64,000 nucleotides of DNA. Origin: a candidate division FCPU426 bacterium (GTDB taxonomy: Bacteria > Oederibacteriota > Muellerivitia > Muellerivitales > Muellerivitaceae). Below, piece after piece: positions 59,904-64,000 of the stretch. The DNA lies in the NCBI GenBank assembly GCA_963847625.1, contig CAWKAR010000040.1, positions 32,898 through 96,897 of the forward strand. The letters are read 5' to 3'. Position 1 is the stretch's first letter. Every line of letters starts with the position of its first letter. The notes under the pieces are model-generated. The model saw nothing but the letters and a program-made list of their open reading frames with translations, did not search any database and was not told where the DNA came from. The position numbers and the translations under genes are program-made.

Positions 59904-60602
59904 TTAGAGAACAGGCCAGAACCAGAACACCATTCCAATCATGGCGATGAATGCGCCGCTAAAAACCTCGCCGTATCGCTCGAAAGAGCCAAACTTCACC
60001 TGTTTTAACCCCGCAGTCGAATAAGCGCAAAGAAGGACGTAAGTCGTGATGGTGCTGACAGCCATTACGGCTGACATCAAAGAGATAAAACCAAAACCAT
60101 ACTTACCCGCCGCGAAGAACGCCGGAATGACTTCCATCATGGGCGATGAACCAAGAATCAGGATGAGCGCGGTACGACTGCTCGTTTTGTGGTGGTGGTG
60201 GTCGGGGTGATCGTGTCCGAACTCATGATCATGCTGGTGGGTATGTGGAAAGTCGTGGCCATGGCTATGCCCATAGCCGCCGGAATGACGCAGTTCCAAC
60301 CATGCCGATATCGAGAACCAACAACCAAAGGCTATCAGCGCGATACTCGAAGCAAGGTCAACGAGATTGCCGAACCGCGTTGCCACCACAACCCCGGCAA
60401 GCCAAACTGCCAAAGCGATGATTAACGTCGTGACAGCATGGCCCGTTCCCGCCTTCATCGCAGCGCCGATGGTTTCGGCTTTCGACCAACCCCTTTGGCG
60501 GGCGACCAGTGCGATCGGCACCCAATGGTCCGGGGCGAGGGTGTGCAACACACCCACGGCGGCGACAGAACCGAGGAGCAGCAATTGTGGAATAGTGTTC
60601 AT
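59904..60602 (-). CDS. His-rich Ni/Co transporter-like membrane protein (NicO/RcnA-like)
   Basis: GVLHTLAPDHW, GTGH, central His-rich loop, multiple TM helices. Confidence 0.75.
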   Translation of the reverse strand: MNTIPQLLLLGSVAAVGVLHTLAPDHWVPIALVARQRGWSKAETIGAAMKAGTGHAVTTLIIALAVWLAGVVVATRFGNLVDLASSIALIAFGCWFSISAWLELRHSGGYGHSHGHDFPHTHQHDHEFGHDHPDHHHHKTSSRTALILILGSSPMMEVIPAFFAAGKYGFGFISLMSAVMAVSTITTYVLLCAYSTAGLKQVKFGSFERYGEVFSGAFIAMIGMVFWFWPVL

Positions 60603-60870
60603 TGGTTATCGCTCAACGATAGGACCTTTCAGACGCGAAAATATAACCTTCATAAGTTTAAAATTCAATAGGATGCCGGCCGGAAATGGCGTCCATAGGA
60701 TCGCATGGGCGGCAGGGAAACTCGGTGGAACTGGGAGGCTCATGTCGCGGCCTCTTTGTTCCTTGTAGAAGCAGCGGGAGAACGGGTAAATTCAAACTGT
60801 AAAGTGAACATGATCCCGATTTTTTCTTTTCAACGCATAGCCCCAACCCGGGCGTTTCCAACGTTTGTGT

Positions 60871-61692
60871 TTAATTTTTATTCAGGCCTAGGTCCATGAC
60901 AACCTGCTCGATGATGTCGGCATCAATCAGTTCCCTTTTCAAAAGATAACCCTCCAGCAGAGCATTGTCGCAGATGGTATTGATCAAGCGGGGGATACCC
61001 TTCGTATAATCGAAAATCTTTTGGTATGCATTGTTGGTAAATATATCCTTGGTACAACCCGCGACTCCCAAGCGGTGGCGGATGTATTGTTCGGTGGATT
61101 CGCGGGGCAGGGATTTGATGATAATTTTCATGGCCACTCTTTGTAAAAGAGGCGGGTCCAAGGCAAGGTATTTTTCCAATTCAGGCAAGCCTAAAAAGAC
61201 AAAGGAAATAAGTTTCCGGCCGGGAACTTCCAGGTTTAAAAGTCCCCGGAATTCCTCGAAAATCTCTTTATTTTGAAGCATATTAGCTTCATCGATCACC
61301 ACCACCGCCTTTCGGCCCTCCTGGTGTATTCTCATGATCCTTTCGGTTAGCTGGGCGATGATTTGGGTCTTGGTATCGCCTGGATTTTCCACCCCCAATT
61401 GGTGGGCGATTTTTTTCAGCATCCATTCGGCGGTAATATCGCTGTGGATGATCACAAGTAGGGTCGCTTCGTATTGCGGGTCCTGTTCCAGCATTTCCAG
61501 GGCCTTGCGCGCAAGCAGGGTTTTTCCCGTGCCGATGTCCCCCAAAACAACCGTCAGCCCTTTCATGGTGTCCACGGTATGCAACATCCGGACCAAGGCT
61601 TCGGAGTGCTGGCCGCTTTCAAAATAAAAACGGCTGTCGGGCGTATTGGAAAACGCCTGCTCCTTCAGACCGTAAAAGTTCTCAATAGTCAT
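60871..61692 (-). CDS. ExeA/GspA-like AAA ATPase
   Basis: FYGLKEQAF..TPD, GDIGTGKT, VIDEA, G.PEL, YIRHRL..AG, GIPRLINTICDNALL. Confidence 0.9.
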   Translation of the reverse strand: MTIENFYGLKEQAFSNTPDSRFYFESGQHSEALVRMLHTVDTMKGLTVVLGDIGTGKTLLARKALEMLEQDPQYEATLLVIIHSDITAEWMLKKIAHQLGVENPGDTKTQIIAQLTERIMRIHQEGRKAVVVIDEANMLQNKEIFEEFRGLLNLEVPGRKLISFVFLGLPELEKYLALDPPLLQRVAMKIIIKSLPRESTEQYIRHRLGVAGCTKDIFTNNAYQKIFDYTKGIPRLINTICDNALLEGYLLKRELIDADIIEQVVMDLGLNKN

Positions 61693-61772
61693 TCCGGATC
61701 TCTTTCAAAAGATTTCCGACCCTCAAACCTTTCTAGAACTGGCCGGGAAAGGGGTCTCTTCAGGATCATACC

Positions 61773-62039
61773 AATCGGCACATGCCAACCTACCACAAAG
61801 CTGTTAAAGAGGCACCTGTACCGAACCTCCCAGGCGAGGTATATGCCTGGTTGTGCCGGTTCCATAGGTGAGCCGGCCTGGTATAGTACCGATTTCAATA
61901 TCGATTTAAAGGTAAATCTGCGCATGCCAACCTATCATAAAGCTGCTAAAGAGGCACCTGTACCGAGCCTACCAGGCGAGGTATATGCCTGATTGTGCCG
62001 GTTCCATAGGTGAACAGGCCTGGTATAGCACCGATCTCA
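61773..62039. repeat. Tandem pair of ~117-bp structured repeats, period 142 bp
   Basis: 61781-61897 versus 61923-62039 show about 10 mismatches by eye, with nested inverted repeats. Confidence 0.9.
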
Positions 62040-62048
62040 TTTTTCCAT

Positions 62049-62155
62049 GTAGATACCCCCGGGCAAGCCCGGGGCTCTAAAATCTAAATTCAAGCTTCGC
62101 TTGTCGTGCTAAAAGCACAATCGCCATTCACCCCCGGCCAAGGCCGGGGATTTCT
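62049..62155. mobile_element. Non-autonomous palindromic element, copy 2
   Basis: GTAGATACCCCCGGGCAAGCCCGGGG...CCATTCACCCCCGGCCAAGGCCGGGG, colinear with 58316-58428. Confidence 0.7.
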
Positions 62156-62404
62156 AAATGGCATTATTAAATTTAGAGGATCGGCGCATGACACCGTCGA
62201 GCAATTTATCGCGTCATTATAGCTCTTCCAGCTTACCCGCCTGGGACTAAAGACTTTTCCAGATAGAAATTGAACAGAGCCGTTTCAGCATAAAGATAAA
62301 ACTGGAATTGTTTGCCTGTCACGAATATCCATAGCAGATACCCTGCCTATTCCTACGCAAAGGCCTAGAATGATAGTCATAAAGGTTGAGAAAAGAGGTG
62401 AATT

Positions 62405-62764
62405 ATGGCCATGTCTAAAGAAGCGGTTCAGGAAAAAATGAAGGACGAGAATACGGTCGTATTGGATATTTTCCCGGACGATGATTTCAAAAAACTTCAT
62501 ATCAGGGGTTCGGATAGTTTCGAGTTCGGACAGAATGTGCGTAGTTTCGCGCTGGCGGTGGAGAAAAAATACGGCAAGGAAAAATTCTTTATTATGTATT
62601 GCGCCAACCGGGCGGATGCCCTGTCAAGTCATAACGCGGCTATGGTATTGAATGGGCAAGGCTTCAATGCGGAAGATTATCCCGGCGGGACCCAGGAATG
62701 GTCGGAAGCGGGTTTCCCGATCGAGGGAACAGAAGCCGATCTCCGCGCGGCTTTCGTGGAATAA
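62405..62764 (+). CDS. Rhodanese-like protein
   Basis: VVLDIFP..F..LHIRGS, MYC, YPGGTQEW.EAGFPIEG. GAGG RBS. Confidence 0.85.
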   Translation: MAMSKEAVQEKMKDENTVVLDIFPDDDFKKLHIRGSDSFEFGQNVRSFALAVEKKYGKEKFFIMYCANRADALSSHNAAMVLNGQGFNAEDYPGGTQEWSEAGFPIEGTEADLRAAFVE

Positions 62765-62806
62765 GCGCCGCCAACCGCCAGGACTATTAATTTCTCCAAG
62801 ACTTCC

Positions 62807-63001
62807 TCATGAAAATGAAATGAAGACCATCACAATCCCAATCACCATTAATAAATATCCGCTGTAACGAAGAATAATGTGAGGCCATGGGGTTTCACTT
62901 TTTCCCTGGGCCGGGTAGACGTTGAAAAGGCCCGAAAACTGGAAAAGAAGGTATCCCAAAGTTAGCAATCCAAGCCCGGATAAAAAATAAGTCCCCATCA
63001 T
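62807..63001 (-). CDS. Small hypothetical membrane protein
   Basis: 64 aa with two hydrophobic segments. Confidence 0.45.
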   Translation of the reverse strand: MMGTYFLSGLGLLTLGYLLFQFSGLFNVYPAQGKSETPWPHIILRYSGYLLMVIGIVMVFISFS

Positions 63002-63165
63002 TCGTTCACCAGATTTTCAGTGTGGGCCCCGTATTTGAGCCGCCACTTCCACATTTTAGTTGAGCGGGCCCAACGTACCCACACCCCCAACACCAAGCAT
63101 TCCATTGTTGACGATCCGTTCCAAAATAAACGGGATTTTCTCATCCCCCGGTAATTATTCTTTTA

Positions 63166-63360
63166 CTATTTTTTCGGTTCCCTAGCTTGGGCGGGGGGGT
63201 GGGCTTTGGGCGGCAAGGGAGCCGGGAAAAACTTTTTCCTTCCTTGCTCGATAGATCGGTCCAAATCCATCTTCATGAGTAAACTTGCCACCCATATGCA
63301 TATGCCAACCGCCGCCAACAAAAGAACGAGTACAAGGAAAGGATTCATTTTCCATACCAC
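63166..63360 (-). CDS. Small hypothetical single-TM protein
   Basis: Hydrophobic N-terminus and a charged/Pro-rich tail. Start is uncertain. Confidence 0.45.
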   Translation of the reverse strand: MVWKMNPFLVLVLLLAAVGICIWVASLLMKMDLDRSIEQGRKKFFPAPLPPKAHPPAQAREPKK

Positions 63361-63493
63361 TTTTTACCAAAATTTTTATGACCCTGAATTTAGAGCTCTT
63401 GCCTTTTTTGTTAATTTGGGAGTAATTAGGATAGGCTTATTTCTTGGATTGAATACAAGTATTTAAACCCCACTATGTAGCGTTATTGAAGGG

Positions 63494-63865
63494 TTACTTG
63501 CTGGGGTAGGCCATATCGAGATAAGCTTTAAAGGATTTCATATCATTTTCTTTCATGGCCAGAAACCGGACACCGCCGCCCATTTCGTTCGTCCAAACCA
63601 CCTCGGCAAACGCTTTCAGTTTTTTCTTCGAACCGGGGATCAAAATAACGAGGCTCAAGATGTTCCCGCCCTTTAACGTCTGGCCCGCCAATATGAACAT
63701 GCCTCCAAGGCTTATATCCAACGTGTGGGAGTTTTTTCCCTTCTCATCCCGGTCACGAAGGCTTTCAATTTTTCCCCGATCATTGATCACTCTAAAGGTG
63801 ATTGGAATTTTAACCGTGATCCGAGGAGCAACCCTTTTTTCATTTAGCAGGTAAGCATCCGGCAT
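63494..63865 (-). CDS. PilZ domain protein
   Basis: EKRVAPR (RxxxR), DISLGG (DxSxxG), AEVVW, GVRF. Confidence 0.88.
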   Translation of the reverse strand: MPDAYLLNEKRVAPRITVKIPITFRVINDRGKIESLRDRDEKGKNSHTLDISLGGMFILAGQTLKGGNILSLVILIPGSKKKLKAFAEVVWTNEMGGGVRFLAMKENDMKSFKAYLDMAYPSK

Positions 63866-64000
63866 TCGTCGTCCTTTAAGTTCAAGGTTTTATACAGTGT
63901 CGGCGATCAAAGTCCTTATATACATTATACTTCACAACAACCTGCACTTTCGCATAGGCGAGCTCACCAATTGAATAATTTATAGGCCTTTTTAAACATC

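Noticed and set aside
60603..60870. NiCo or cobalamin riboswitch upstream of the Ni/Co transporter
   Set aside because: No consensus elements were recognised on the minus strand.
61689..61925. 78-aa minus-strand ORF overlapping the tandem repeat
   Set aside because: The equivalent frame in the second repeat unit has a TAG after LAW, so it is not conserved as coding.
61781..62039. CRISPR array or integron attC sites
   Set aside because: Only two long units, no repeat-spacer pattern, no cas or intI gene, and no matching RYYYAAC/GTTRRRY core pair.

Overview
Bacterial chromosomal window with mixed GC content. The giant Thr/Pro proteins ending in FlgD-like domains resemble those I associate with poorly characterised candidate-phylum bacteria such as FCPU426, but this is only an impression. 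From left to right: (1) a surface-glycosylation cluster at 1-8.8 kb (GT2 polyprenol-P-mannose synthase-like, sugar C-methyltransferase, gmd, DUF2723/TPR GT-C protein, PGI/PMI); (2) a 2173-aa secreted (Thr-X)n repeat protein; (3) a LytS/LytTR pair, a gluzincin/beta-propeller protein, an RNB nuclease, a TMTC-like GT-C/TPR protein, and FGE-sulfatase and HIT genes; (4) an AT-rich islet with SIR2-like and truncated DUF4917 genes, bounded by a 22-bp inverted repeat and an IS3 element that lacks a target duplication; (5) a GT4-GH130 pair; (6) a GC-rich ~14-kb operon: mvhD-metF-two GltB FMN-domain genes-GltB amidotransferase gene-hdrC-hdrB-hdrA(L)-mvhD-metV; (7) small genes including HU; (8) a second, 2004-aa paralogue of the repeat protein, whose 3' end is nearly identical in nucleotide sequence to the first; (9) aldo/keto reductase, Ni/Co transporter, ExeA-like ATPase, rhodanese and PilZ genes. 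Intergenic DNA holds two families of covarying stem-loop elements (58.3/62.05 kb, and 26.9/61.8/61.9 kb). No rRNA, tRNA, CRISPR array or reverse transcriptase was recognised. All calls come from reading motifs by eye; no database searches were run.
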